From an uncultured virus (IMG/VR IMGVR_UViG_3300028561_000554) (taxonomy: Duplodnaviria > Heunggongvirae > Uroviricota > Caudoviricetes): DNA of 64,000 bases. Location of the stretch: the IMG/VR virus record IMGVR_UViG_3300028561_000554, one strand, 5' to 3'. The stretch's first letter is position 1; each line of letters begins with the position of its first letter. The notes beneath the pieces were generated by a model, which was not told where the DNA came from, did no database searches, and saw nothing but the letters and a program-made list of their open reading frames with translations. The position numbers and the translations under genes are program-made. Shown here piece after piece: positions 45,542 through 55,697 of this stretch.

Positions 45542-48500
45542 ACGGCAAACAGAATAAAAGGGATAACCGTTGAAATAGGCGGCGACACAACTAAGCTCTC
45601 TAAAGCTCTCGAAGGTGTCAACAAAAACATTAAAAACACCCAGACTCAGCTAAAAGACGTAGAAAAGCTGCTGAAACTTGATCCGACCAATACGGAACTT
45701 TTATCGCAAAAACAGAAACTTCTTGCAGATACAATCGGCTCAACTAAAACCAAACTGGAAACTCTGAAAACCGCCGCAGAACAGGCAAATACGGCACTCG
45801 CAAACGGCGACATATCGCAGGAACAGTATGACGCTTTACAGCGAGAAATTATTGAAACGGAAAACGAATTGCAGCGTTTGCAGAATGAAGCTGAGAAGTC
45901 AAAAACGGCGCTCGTTAAAATCGGTGAAGCCGGAGAAGTTCTGCAAGATGTGGGCGATAAGATCAGCGGCGCAGGCGAAAAATTGCTCCCAGTAACCGCA
46001 GGTGTGACTGCCCTCGGAACTGCTGCTGTGAAGACCGCCTCTGATTTCGATTCTGCCATGAGCAAGGTCGCCGCTGTTTCCGGTGCTACCGGAGAGGACT
46101 TGCAGGCACTCCGTGACAAGGCTCGTGAGATGGGCGCAAAGACCAAATTTTCGGCATCCGAAGCCGCCGAAGCGATGAACTATATGGCGATGGCGGGCTG
46201 GAAATCAGGCGATATGTTGTCGGGAATCGAGGGCATTATGAACCTTGCCGCCGCAAGTGGTGAAGACCTCGCAACAACCTCTGACATTGTTACAGATGCA
46301 TTGACCGCTTTCGGCTTAACCGCCGATGACAGCGGTCATTTTGCTGATGTGTTGGCGGCGGCAAGTTCTAATGCAAATACAAATGTGTCAATGCTCGGCG
46401 AATCCTTCAAATACTGCGCTCCGATTGCCGGTGCATTGGGATTTTCCTGCGAAGATACTGCCGAGGTCCTCGGACTTATGGCGAATGCCGGTATAAAGTC
46501 TACGCAGTCCGGTACGTCTATGCGCTCCATTATGACGGCGCTTTCGGGCGATGTCAAATTCTGCTCCGACGCATTCGGTGAAATGGAAATTGCCACTTCA
46601 AATTCTGACGGTTCAATGCGTGAATTGTCCGATATATTGGCGGATTGCCGTGTTGCTTTCGATCAGATGTCAGAATCAGAAAAAGCATCAGCAGCACAGT
46701 CTTTGGTGGGCAAAAATGCCATGTCAGGATTTCTCGCTCTCATGAATTCCGCACCTGCTGACATCGAAAAACTATCTGGAGCGATTGACAACTGTGACGG
46801 CACATCGCTCCGCATGGCAGAAACGATGCAGGATAATCTTGGCGGTCAGCTTACTATTTTGAAGTCGCAGCTTGAGGAGCTTGCTATTTCTTTCGGCGAA
46901 ATCCTGATGCCTGCCATTCGTGAAATTGTGGCGAAAATCCAAGGATTTATCGACAAACTGAATCAGCTTGACCCGGCAACAAAGGAAACGATTATCAAAA
47001 TTGCTCTGGTTGCGGCGGCTCTCGGACCTCTGCTGATCGTGGTAGGCAAAACCATTTCAACGGTCGGAAGCCTGATGACCTTTATCAGCAACGTTCCCAC
47101 GATGATCGCAGGTGCAAAAGCTGCTTTTGCAACTTTAAGCGGTGCGATTGGTGGGATTTCCGCACCCGTGGTTGCCGTTGTTGCAGCGATTGCTGCACTT
47201 GTGGCGGCTTTCGTGCATCTGTGGAATACTAACGAAGATTTCAGAAACAGCATCATTGCGATTTGGGAGAAAATCAAGGCTACGTTTTCAAATCTGACGC
47301 AGGGAATTGTTGACCGTCTGAACGCTCTCGGATTTAATTTTGAGGATTTCGGCGATTTGGTACGGTCTATATGGCAGGGATTGTGCGATATTCTTGCACC
47401 GTGGTTTGAGGGCGTTTTCACCTATATTGCGGAAACTTTTGATGTTATCGTTGATGTGATTCTCGGCGTTCTGGATATTTTTATCGGGTTGTTTACTGGC
47501 GACTGGGAGCAGATGTGGAGCGGTATCAAGGGCATTTTTGTCGGAATATGGGACTACATCAAAAATTGCTTTTCCAATATTCTGAATACCCTCGAAGGTA
47601 TCGCAGATGTATTTTTTGGTTGGTTCGGAACATCATGGAGCGAGGTCTGGACGGCAATCAAGGACTTCTTCGTTGGAATCTGGAACAGTATCAGCAATTT
47701 TATTACGAATATTTTTACAGGAATTCAGACGTTTTTCACGACAATATGGACTGCGATTAAAGATTTCTTTGTCGGTATCTGGAATACGATATACAGCTAT
47801 ATTTCGGAGAGAATCACGGCAATTCAGACTGTTATCACGACCGTGTGGAACGCCATTTCTACGGCAATATCCACGGTATTAAATACTATCTGGACGGCTA
47901 TCAGCACGGTCTGGAATACTATTTATGAATTTATTTCTCCTCTTTTGGAGGCTTTTCGTTATCTGTTTGAAACCATTTTTCAAGCGATCCATATCATTAT
48001 CAGCAATGTTATGGACTGGATCTCCGAAAAGATTCAGACTGCTTGGAATGCTATAGTTGGCTTTGTTACGCCGATTTTAGAGGGTATCAGAACTTTCTTT
48101 GAAACGATATGGAATGCGATCTCAACGGCGATTTCTACGGCTATGGACACTATTTATAGTGTAGTTTCTACTGTATGGAACGCCATTTCCGGCTTTATTT
48201 CGGGAATTCTGAACTCTATCTGGTCGGTGATTTCTTCCGTCTGGAATACAATTAGTGGTACAATTTCAGGCATTTTAAATGCTATTTCAAGCACTGTTTC
48301 AAATATCTGGAATGCTATCAAAAACACTATCACAAACGTAATGAACAGCATCAAAACAACTGTATCTAACATTTGGAACAGTGTAAAATCGGCAATTTCT
48401 AACACAATCACTGGTATCAAAGATACAATCGTGAATGGTTTCAATAATGCTGTGAACTTCGTGAAAAATCTTGCTTCCGAGGCGTGGAACTGGGGTGCGG

Positions 48501-49714
48501 ATATTATAAACGGCATTGTTGAGGGAATAAAATCTAAAATTCAGGCTGTTGCCGATGCTGTAACGGGTGTTGCGGATAAAATCAAAAGTTTCCTGCATTT
48601 CTCTGTGCCTGATGAAGGACCTTTGACCGATTTTGAATCTTGGATGCCGGACTTTATGCAGGGACTTGCTGACGGTATTTCGGCAAATGCAGGAATGGTA
48701 AGCGATGCTCTCGGCACGTTCGGAACGAATATTACAACGGCTCTGACTGAAACTTTCCAGACAGCAATGTCCAATATCGTAACGACTGTGCAGACGTTTA
48801 TGGAAAACACGCTGACGGAAGTTACAACTGTCTGGAATAACATCAAAACGAATATGGACACTGTTCTCGCAGGTATCGGAAATGCCGTAAAATCGGGATG
48901 GGATTCAATCAAGAATGTGATTTCTACAGCGATAAACGGCATTAAAAATGTTATTTCAACTGTGTGGAATGGAATCAAAACTTTCATTTCTGACGGTCAG
49001 TCAAATATGAAAAACACGATTACTTCCACTTGGAGCAGCATTTCTGACGGCGTGAAAAATACTGTAAATTCGGTAAAATCTGCCGTTTTCTCCGCTTGGA
49101 ACGCCATGCCCGATGCGGTTCATGGAGCTATGAACAACGTCCGTGATACCGTTTTCAATATCTGGGATAATGTGAGAAGCGGCGTGTGGGATAGGCTCGG
49201 CGGCATTCGTGACGCTGTTTCTGATGGGCTTAATTCCGCTGCGGAATGTATCAGGAACATCGTAAATTCCTCGTGGCAGTGGGGTTATGACCTTATGCAG
49301 AATCTTATCAACGGTATCCGATATATGATTGGAGATCTTATCAATACGGTTGCTGATGTGGCAAATTCAATCTGGGAATATCTGCATTTTTCCGTTCCCG
49401 AAAAAGGTCCTCTGACGGATTTTGAAAGCTGGATGCCGGACTTCATCGGCGGTCTTGCTGATGGTATCAACAAAAGCAAAAAGCTGATTTCTAAGGCTGT
49501 AGAGGGCGTTGCTGATGCAATGCAGATGACTTTGGATTCCAACATCGGACTGAACCTTGACGGAATTTCTTCACCCATGAAATACGAAAATCCTGCCGGA
49601 ACGGTTATCAATAATTATGACAACAGCCGGACAGTAAATCAGACGAATAATTCGCCGAAATCGCTGTCACGGCTGGAGATCTATCGGCAGACACGGAATG
49701 CGTTGATAACGTAG
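45542..49714 (+). CDS. tail tape measure protein (TP901 family); expected start codon reads ACG
   Basis: AGAGGTG RBS then ACG-ANRIKGITVEIGGDTTKL, in frame with the track ORF at 45869; FSASEAAEAM core; Trp-periodic repeats. Confidence 0.9.
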   Translation, partial: TANRIKGITVEIGGDTTKLSKALEGVNKNIKNTQTQLKDVEKLLKLDPTNTELLSQKQKLLADTIGSTKTKLETLKTAAEQANTALANGDISQEQYDALQREIIETENELQRLQNEAEKSKTALVKIGEAGEVLQDVGDKISGAGEKLLPVTAGVTALGTAAVKTASDFDSAMSKVAAVSGATGEDLQALRDKAREMGAKTKFSASEAAEAMNYMAMAGWKSGDMLSGIEGIMNLAAASGEDLATTSDIVTDALTAFGLTADDSGHFADVLAAASSNANTNVSMLGESFKYCAPIAGALGFSCEDTAEVLGLMANAGIKSTQSGTSMRSIMTALSGDVKFCSDAFGEMEIATSNSDGSMRELSDILADCRVAFDQMSESEKASAAQSLVGKNAMSGFLALMNSAPADIEKLSGAIDNCDGTSLRMAETMQDNLGGQLTILKSQLEELAISFGEILMPAIREIVAKIQGFIDKLNQLDPATKETIIKIALVAAALGPLLIVVGKTISTVGSLMTFISNVPTMIAGAKAAFATLSGAIGGISAPVVAVVAAIAALVAAFVHLWNTNEDFRNSIIAIWEKIKATFSNLTQGIVDRLNALGFNFEDFGDLVRSIWQGLCDILAPWFEGVFTYIAETFDVIVDVILGVLDIFIGLFTGDWEQMWSGIKGIFVGIWDYIKNCFSNILNTLEGIADVFFGWFGTSWSEVWTAIKDFFVGIWNSISNFITNIFTGIQTFFTTIWTAIKDFFVGIWNTIYSYISERITAIQTVITTVWNAISTAISTVLNTIWTAISTVWNTIYEFISPLLEAFRYLFETIFQAIHIIISNVMDWISEKIQTAWNAIVGFVTPILEGIRTFFETIWNAISTAISTAMDTIYSVVSTVWNAISGFISGILNSIWSVISSVWNTISGTISGILNAISSTVSNIWNAIKNTITNVMNSIKTTVSNIWNSVKSAISNTITGIKDTIVNGFNNAVNFVKNLASEAWNWGADIINGIVEGIKSKIQAVADAVTGVADKIKSFLHFSVPDEGPLTDFESWMPDFMQGLADGISANAGMVSDALGTFGTNITTALTETFQTAMSNIVTTVQTFMENTLTEVTTVWNNIKTNMDTVLAGIGNAVKSGWDSIKNVISTAINGIKNVISTVWNGIKTFISDGQSNMKNTITSTWSSISDGVKNTVNSVKSAVFSAWNAMPDAVHGAMNNVRDTVFNIWDNVRSGVWDRLGGIRDAVSDGLNSAAECIRNIVNSSWQWGYDLMQNLINGIRYMIGDLINTVADVANSIWEYLHFSVPEKGPLTDFESWMPDFIGGLADGINKSKKLISKAVEGVADAMQMTLDSNIGLNLDGISSPMKYENPAGTVINNYDNSRTVNQTNNSPKSLSRLEIYRQTRNALIT

Positions 49715-49766
49715 AAAGAAGCGATTTTTGTCGCTCCTTCGGCTCTGTAAATTAGAAGTCGTGAAA

Positions 49767-50204
49767 CTATTCAAGCCATTGAATAAACGCTGTTTTATCT
49801 GTACTGTTATATCCCGCGCGGCTATAAAATTTAAATGTCGTTTCTTCCTTTGAACCAGTAAGTAACATCATTTTATAACAATTTGCTTTTTTTGCTATTT
49901 CTTTAGCATAATTAAGGCACTCTGTTGCATATCCATTTCCACGATATTTTTCATGTGTAACAACATTTTCAACAAATGCATATGGTCTGACATTTCTTGT
50001 TAAGTTTGGAATAATCACACATACGCAAGAAGAAACAATTATACCATCTATCATATTAACGATAATATGATGATTTTCATCTTGGATAATAGTACTCCAT
50101 GTTCTTTTTAAATGCTCTGTCATTTCTGGAATAGACTTTTCATGTAAATATAAGTATAATTGTAATAATCCATTTAATTCATTTTCAGCAATTTCTCTAA
50201 CCAT
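49767..50204 (-). CDS. GNAT family acetyltransferase (moron)
   Basis: VENVVTHEKYRGNGYA, CYKMMLLT, FYSRAGY; AT-rich; own promoter. Confidence 0.9.
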   Translation of the reverse strand: MVREIAENELNGLLQLYLYLHEKSIPEMTEHLKRTWSTIIQDENHHIIVNMIDGIIVSSCVCVIIPNLTRNVRPYAFVENVVTHEKYRGNGYATECLNYAKEIAKKANCYKMMLLTGSKEETTFKFYSRAGYNSTDKTAFIQWLE

Positions 50205-50239
50205 ACGGCATCTCCCTATATTTCGATTTATACAGTTAC

Positions 50240-50268
50240 AGTATACCACATTTCCCCGAAAAAGTCAA
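50240..50268 (-). promoter_or_regulatory. GNAT promoter
   Basis: TTGACT-17-TATACT with TG. Confidence 0.65.
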
Positions 50269-50292
50269 TCTGCTGAAAGGAGATTTTATCCC

Positions 50293-51144
50293 ATGCACTT
50301 CACCCTAATTCTTGCAAACGAAACTGGCGACCAACTCAATCTGACCACCACTTCCAACAGGTATATGACCTCCGAAATTGACGGTTTGTATCCGCCTGCC
50401 GGAACGATAAGCACATCGACTTATGCAGGCATGAACGGCTCATATCTCAACAACGCTTTCATTGAAAAACGTAGCCTTGTGATTACTTTTCAGATGCGTG
50501 GGGTTGGCATTGAAAAGCGGCGGCACGAGCTGTACAAAGTGATCAAGCCGTCACGATATATCAAGATTTACTATCAAACAGCGAATATTGATGTGTACAC
50601 CGAGGGCTATGTAGAAACCTGCGAAGTGCAGAATTTCGAGCAGTTCACAAGCGGACAGATCAGTATTATCTGTCCTGATATTTACTGGTACTCGACAGAA
50701 ACACAAATTGCCGAATACTCGCAGATTTTCGGAGCTTTTCATTTCATTTTTCCCGATGATGACAAACCCTTTCCGCTTGGAAAATACAACACGCAGAATA
50801 TGATGACGATTCAGAATGACGGTGATGAAACGGGCTTCACACTTGAGATTAGCGGAGGACCTGCAAAAAATCCGACTCTGTACAACGCCGAAACAGATGA
50901 ATATGTGCAAATTCTCGGCGATATTGAGGAGGGTGATATCATAAGAATCACCACAAAAACAGGCAATAAAACGGTCACTCTGGAGCGTGAGGGCGTGCAG
51001 GAGAATATCATCAATCGTCTTGTGTCAGGTTCAACATGGCTTACCTTACGTGAGGGTGAAAATAAATTTTATCTCCGTGCGGCAAATGGACTGCGAAATT
51101 TAAAAGTCCGATTGATTCACCGCAACGCATATTTAGGAGTGTGA
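50293..51144 (+). CDS. distal tail (Dit-like) protein
   Basis: Synteny; ICPDIYW, NDGDETG, STWLTLREGEN. Confidence 0.8.
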   Translation: MHFTLILANETGDQLNLTTTSNRYMTSEIDGLYPPAGTISTSTYAGMNGSYLNNAFIEKRSLVITFQMRGVGIEKRRHELYKVIKPSRYIKIYYQTANIDVYTEGYVETCEVQNFEQFTSGQISIICPDIYWYSTETQIAEYSQIFGAFHFIFPDDDKPFPLGKYNTQNMMTIQNDGDETGFTLEISGGPAKNPTLYNAETDEYVQILGDIEEGDIIRITTKTGNKTVTLEREGVQENIINRLVSGSTWLTLREGENKFYLRAANGLRNLKVRLIHRNAYLGV

Positions 51145-51147
51145 AAA

Positions 51148-52260
51148 ATGCAGATTGAAATTTACAAAATGACAGCGAATGAAAATACTCTGGCGATAAC
51201 GCTTGAAGCAATCTGCGACAGTTTTTCAAGTCTTTTGTGGGATGTGGAATATTACTCCTGCGGCGTATTTGAAGTATATATCGCCGCAAATCCACGAAAC
51301 ATTGAGATTTTCCAGACTGGAAGAATTGTCGGCAGAGATGATGACAAGGAGCATTTCGGACTGATAGAATCCGTTAAAATCGAAACAGACGCAGAAAACG
51401 GCGACTACTTGATTGTGGGTGGTCGCTTTTTGATGTGCCTTTTGGAACGCAGAATAATTTATCCGACTTTGAGTTTTACAACCGAAAAGACATATGCGGA
51501 AATTGTGCATACCGCCGTTATAAATAACGCCATAAACGCTGAAAACAGGACGATTCCGGGACTTGCTCTTGGTAATGTTTCCGGCAGTTGTTGGGAACAG
51601 AAAACCAAATTACAGGTCAGCTACGATAATCTGATGCGGTGGATTTACACCATTTGTGAGAAAATCAACGGTACGGCAAATATTCGTCTTTCCAAAATAA
51701 ACGGCGAACAATATGAAATGCTCCTTGACCTTTCCGAAGGTGCTGACAGAAGCATTTTGCAGGAAGAAAATCCGCACATTATCTTTTCAGATGGATACAC
51801 AAATCTGCTGTCGTTCACATATTCCTCTGACATTTCAGTACAGCGGAATTTTGCCTATGTTCTGGGGAAGGGCGAAGGTGAAGAACGAAGGAGAACAACA
51901 TACTTTGACGGTGACGAGCCTTCATTTTTAGAGCGTTACGAGGTATATGTAGATGCTAAAGATATGGCGGACGAGCAACAGGAAAATGGCGAATCTAAGC
52001 CGATTTCAGAAAATGAATACATTGAACTGCTGAAAGAACGTGGAAAGGAAAATATTGTTCAACCGCTGACAGCATCGGAATCGCAGATCGCAGTGCAGTC
52101 CACGCAGTTTCGGTATAACACAGATTATTTTGTCGGCGATTATGTGACCGTGGAGCATCAGCGATTTGGCTTGATACAGCCGAAAATACAGCTGATTGGC
52201 ATGATCGAGAGCTTCGACCAAAATGGTCGCTCACTTACACCAACATTCAGGGAGGTATGA
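51148..52260 (+). CDS. siphovirus ReqiPepy6 Gp37-like tail protein
   Basis: SLLW..EYY.CG.FE, LERRII, GKGEGEER, RYEVYVDAKD, DYFVGDYVTV. Confidence 0.8.
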   Translation: MQIEIYKMTANENTLAITLEAICDSFSSLLWDVEYYSCGVFEVYIAANPRNIEIFQTGRIVGRDDDKEHFGLIESVKIETDAENGDYLIVGGRFLMCLLERRIIYPTLSFTTEKTYAEIVHTAVINNAINAENRTIPGLALGNVSGSCWEQKTKLQVSYDNLMRWIYTICEKINGTANIRLSKINGEQYEMLLDLSEGADRSILQEENPHIIFSDGYTNLLSFTYSSDISVQRNFAYVLGKGEGEERRRTTYFDGDEPSFLERYEVYVDAKDMADEQQENGESKPISENEYIELLKERGKENIVQPLTASESQIAVQSTQFRYNTDYFVGDYVTVEHQRFGLIQPKIQLIGMIESFDQNGRSLTPTFREV

Positions 52261-52264
52261 TTTT

Positions 52265-53620
52265 ATGGCATTTTCATTTGGATTTTTCAATTCTAAAGGA
52301 TTGGACAGAACCTACACAGCGGAGAATTTCTGTGATTATCTTGGCAGCATTATTTGCAATGGCATTCAGGATAATTACGGCGACTGCTTCAAATTGACGG
52401 CTGCGGCAACTGGTCTGAAAGTTACTGTTGGACGTGGAAAAGCGTGGATAAATGGGCATTACTTCATCAATGACGCTCGCTACAGCATTGATTTGTCAGG
52501 ATATCAGGATGAATCGCTGCCAAGGTATGTGGGGATTGCAATTTACCTTGACACAACGGAATCCGTCCGAAATGTATCGCTGAAACTGTTTCCGGGAACG
52601 CCTGCGGAGAATCCTGCTTTGCCTACAATTCCGCAGGACGATGACCATGTGCGACTTCTGATGTATGCGGTGCGGCTTAATGTCGGGGCAACTTCTCTGA
52701 CAGAGCGTGACTGGTACGATTACCGTGAGGATTCCAACGTTTGCGGCTATTGCAGGTGTATTTTAGGCAAGTGCAAAGTGTCCGAAATTATGGACGCTTA
52801 CGATAAAAACAACCGACTTCTGGAATCGTTGCAGGAGCAAATCGGTGAACTTTCGGAGCGTATAAGCAGTATCACGGGTGAAATTTCAGACATTGGTCAG
52901 ATAGGAGAAAACGCCTATTATACGCAGTATTCTGATGGTACGCTTAGTATCAGCGGAAATGGCGCAACAAATGATTACACAGGATTTGCGATTCAGCTTG
53001 GATATTCTGACGAGCCTGATTCGCCGTTTTATGAGAATGACAGCATTCAAAAGGTTAAACTTTCAAGCGGAATAACGGCTCTTGGAAACTGGCTGTTTGC
53101 GGCTTGCTTTAACCTTGAAAATATCGTATTGCCGAGGAATCTGGAACGCATCGGCGATCTGACCTTCAACCGTACAGCGATAAAAACCATTGAATTTCCT
53201 GCATCACTCACAACAATTGGTGTGGGAGCGTTTACAGCTTCCAAGCTTGAAAATGTGTATATACCTGCAACGGTAAAAAATTTCGGCAGATATGCATTTT
53301 TTCATTGCGAGTCACTGACCAGCGTCAATATTCAGTGCGAAAAAACAGGATCTATTGCGTTTTCCGGCTGCATTTCGCTGACGAATGTCACGATTGGAAT
53401 TGGCTGTAAATATATTGCGGATTCGTGCTTTGTTTACTGCGATAGTCTGCGGAAAATTACGTATGAGGGTACGCTTGCACAGTGGGCGGAGGTCAGAAAA
53501 GGAAATCTCTGGGACGGTCACGGCGGCGTTCAGGAATCGGTGCTTGAAAGGATCCGGTGTACCGACGGTTTTATGGAATATGATGCAGAAAACAAAGTAT
53601 GGAACGAGGTGAAGAACTGA
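52265..53620 (+). CDS. tail/baseplate protein with BspA-type leucine-rich repeats
   Basis: N-terminal FGFFNS..DRTYTAE, GKAWING; repeats such as IG..AF..C..L..I.LP. Confidence 0.8.
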   Translation: MAFSFGFFNSKGLDRTYTAENFCDYLGSIICNGIQDNYGDCFKLTAAATGLKVTVGRGKAWINGHYFINDARYSIDLSGYQDESLPRYVGIAIYLDTTESVRNVSLKLFPGTPAENPALPTIPQDDDHVRLLMYAVRLNVGATSLTERDWYDYREDSNVCGYCRCILGKCKVSEIMDAYDKNNRLLESLQEQIGELSERISSITGEISDIGQIGENAYYTQYSDGTLSISGNGATNDYTGFAIQLGYSDEPDSPFYENDSIQKVKLSSGITALGNWLFAACFNLENIVLPRNLERIGDLTFNRTAIKTIEFPASLTTIGVGAFTASKLENVYIPATVKNFGRYAFFHCESLTSVNIQCEKTGSIAFSGCISLTNVTIGIGCKYIADSCFVYCDSLRKITYEGTLAQWAEVRKGNLWDGHGGVQESVLERIRCTDGFMEYDAENKVWNEVKN

Positions 53621-55233
53621 TGTGGAAATTCCTTGTAAAACAGCAGAAAATTGAGGTTCTGGAACGTGAAGTGATAGCCGACCACCAGATCGCATTTGTC
53701 AACCTGAAATTTACCTTTGACGGCGACTGGAAGAAGTTTCACAAGGTGGTGCAGTTTTCGCAGTGTGATGAAGTTTACAGCATTGTTCTGGGATTTGACG
53801 GAACTTCTTGTAAACTGCCGTCTGAGCTTCATGCAGGCGCGGTGAAGATGTCTATTTTCGGATATGATGCGGAATCGGATACCACAGTGAGAGCAACGAC
53901 TGTTCCGATTACCTTGAATATTCGTGAATCAGGATTTGTGGGCGATGATGATACGCCGATTCCGCCAACGCCCGATTTGTACAAACAGCTTTTACAGAAA
54001 ATTGCGGAGATTCAGTCAGGTGCCAATGGAAAAGATGGGCTTTCGGCTTATGAAATTGCAAAAGAAAATGGATTTGTGGGAACGGTTTCAGATTGGCTTG
54101 AAAGTCTGAAAGGTGCGGACGGTTTGCCGGGTAAGGATGGTGCTGATGGACGTGACGGTAGGGACGGTAAAGACGGGGCAGACGGGCAAAATGGTGCTGA
54201 CGGTGAAAATGGTCTATCCGCATATGAGTTGGCTGTACAGAATGGCTATACGGGAACGGTAGAGGAATGGCTACAATCCATTACTCCCGATTTATCACCG
54301 TATATCACAAGGGTTGAGGTTCTCAAAATCGTTGATGACAAGGTTCATTCTTCCGCACCCGACCTCTCGCCATACGTCACCAGAGTGGAGACTCAAAAGC
54401 TTGTCGAATCGAAATTTCAGACGGTGGAATCAGATTTGATCGCTTTAGAAAATACTGTAAGTACTGAAATTCAGGCGGTCAAGGATTCGGTCGAGCCTGT
54501 TGTGTCTCAGGCACACTGGCATCATAATCTCACATTACTGAACAGCTTAACGTCTGCAAAAATTGCAAAATGGGATAAAATTTCGGATATTGAAACTGAA
54601 TTGCAACAATTGCGTGATTCTACGCAGTACGATCAACAAAATCAGAATGATTCTATTTTGATTCTTGAAAATAGGATTGCTGTCTTGGAATCGCAGATTG
54701 CAAGCGCAAACAATGGATATACCGTGCTTTTCGAGAATGGTACGGATGCCATTCGTGTGTACGGCTATTATATCGGACTTGTTCTCAACGGCGGCTTTTT
54801 CACAATGGAGCATTTTGCGGAACAGTATACACATTTCAGTTGTCCTGACAACCATTATGCGATGTACTACGGACAGGAGGACTTCAACTGGGATGCACAG
54901 ATACTGACTTGCGTTGAAAAGCGACTTAAATTGGATGAAAACAGCAAGATCCAGTTCCGCTATACTTCCGGTGCAACAGAGGACGGCGAACTATATCTTA
55001 TTACACCGCCCGGCGGAAAAATCGATGTTCCTATCACTCTGTATGCAAGGAGTGAGATCGATAATGGGCGTGCAATTCAGCTTGACTTCCAGTGGCTGCA
55101 AACGGAAAAGTTTATCACAACGGAGACAGACTGCACAGGTATCACAGCCGGCGAATATTACCTTGCATGGGTTGGCAGGAGCAACAACACACATCCAACG
55201 ATTCAGAGCGTGAAAGTAAAGGAGAGTGTCTGA
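53620..55233 (+). CDS. tail fibre-like protein with collagen-like repeats
   Basis: BppU-like N-terminus ending PTPDLY; G-X-D repeats; SAYE.A..NG..GT..W motif twice. Confidence 0.75.
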   Translation: MWKFLVKQQKIEVLEREVIADHQIAFVNLKFTFDGDWKKFHKVVQFSQCDEVYSIVLGFDGTSCKLPSELHAGAVKMSIFGYDAESDTTVRATTVPITLNIRESGFVGDDDTPIPPTPDLYKQLLQKIAEIQSGANGKDGLSAYEIAKENGFVGTVSDWLESLKGADGLPGKDGADGRDGRDGKDGADGQNGADGENGLSAYELAVQNGYTGTVEEWLQSITPDLSPYITRVEVLKIVDDKVHSSAPDLSPYVTRVETQKLVESKFQTVESDLIALENTVSTEIQAVKDSVEPVVSQAHWHHNLTLLNSLTSAKIAKWDKISDIETELQQLRDSTQYDQQNQNDSILILENRIAVLESQIASANNGYTVLFENGTDAIRVYGYYIGLVLNGGFFTMEHFAEQYTHFSCPDNHYAMYYGQEDFNWDAQILTCVEKRLKLDENSKIQFRYTSGATEDGELYLITPPGGKIDVPITLYARSEIDNGRAIQLDFQWLQTEKFITTETDCTGITAGEYYLAWVGRSNNTHPTIQSVKVKESV

Positions 55234-55697
55234 TGAAAGAAAATATTTGTACTATTTTAGGCTTGGCAGGCGGCTTTATTGCCGCACTGCTTGGAGGGTG
55301 GGATTCCGCATTGGCAACACTTATCATTTTTATGGCGATTGATTTTGTAACAGGTCTTATCGCCGCGGCAATGGGAAAATCCAAGCACAGCAAGTCCGGC
55401 AAACTTAGTTCAAAAGCCGGTTGGGTGGGACTTGCAAAGAAGTTCTGCATTCTGCTCATGGTTGTGGTTGCTGTCAGAATGGACATTCTGATCGGCACGA
55501 CATATATCCGTGATGCGACCTGTATCGGCTTTTGCGTCAATGAGCTGCTGTCAATTATCGAAAATACAAGTTTAATGGGCTTACCCTATCCGGATTCAAT
55601 TAAAAAAGCAATTGAAGTTTTGCAGAAAAAAGCAGGCAGACTTGATGACGAAATTCAGGAAATGATCGATGAATTGGAGGAGGACAAAAATGATTAA
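55233..55697 (+). CDS. phage holin (Phage_holin_4_1-like)
   Basis: LGGWD, DFVTG, GLAKK, NELLSIIEN. Confidence 0.9.
   Translation: MKENICTILGLAGGFIAALLGGWDSALATLIIFMAIDFVTGLIAAAMGKSKHSKSGKLSSKAGWVGLAKKFCILLMVVVAVRMDILIGTTYIRDATCIGFCVNELLSIIENTSLMGLPYPDSIKKAIEVLQKKAGRLDDEIQEMIDELEEDKND

Noticed and set aside
45869..45871. TTG start for the tape measure protein given by the ORF track
   Set aside because: The frame is open upstream to an RBS-preceded, typical N-terminus at 45542
52265..55233. Diversity-generating retroelement targeting tail proteins
   Set aside because: No reverse transcriptase and no adenine-variable TR/VR pair noticed by eye
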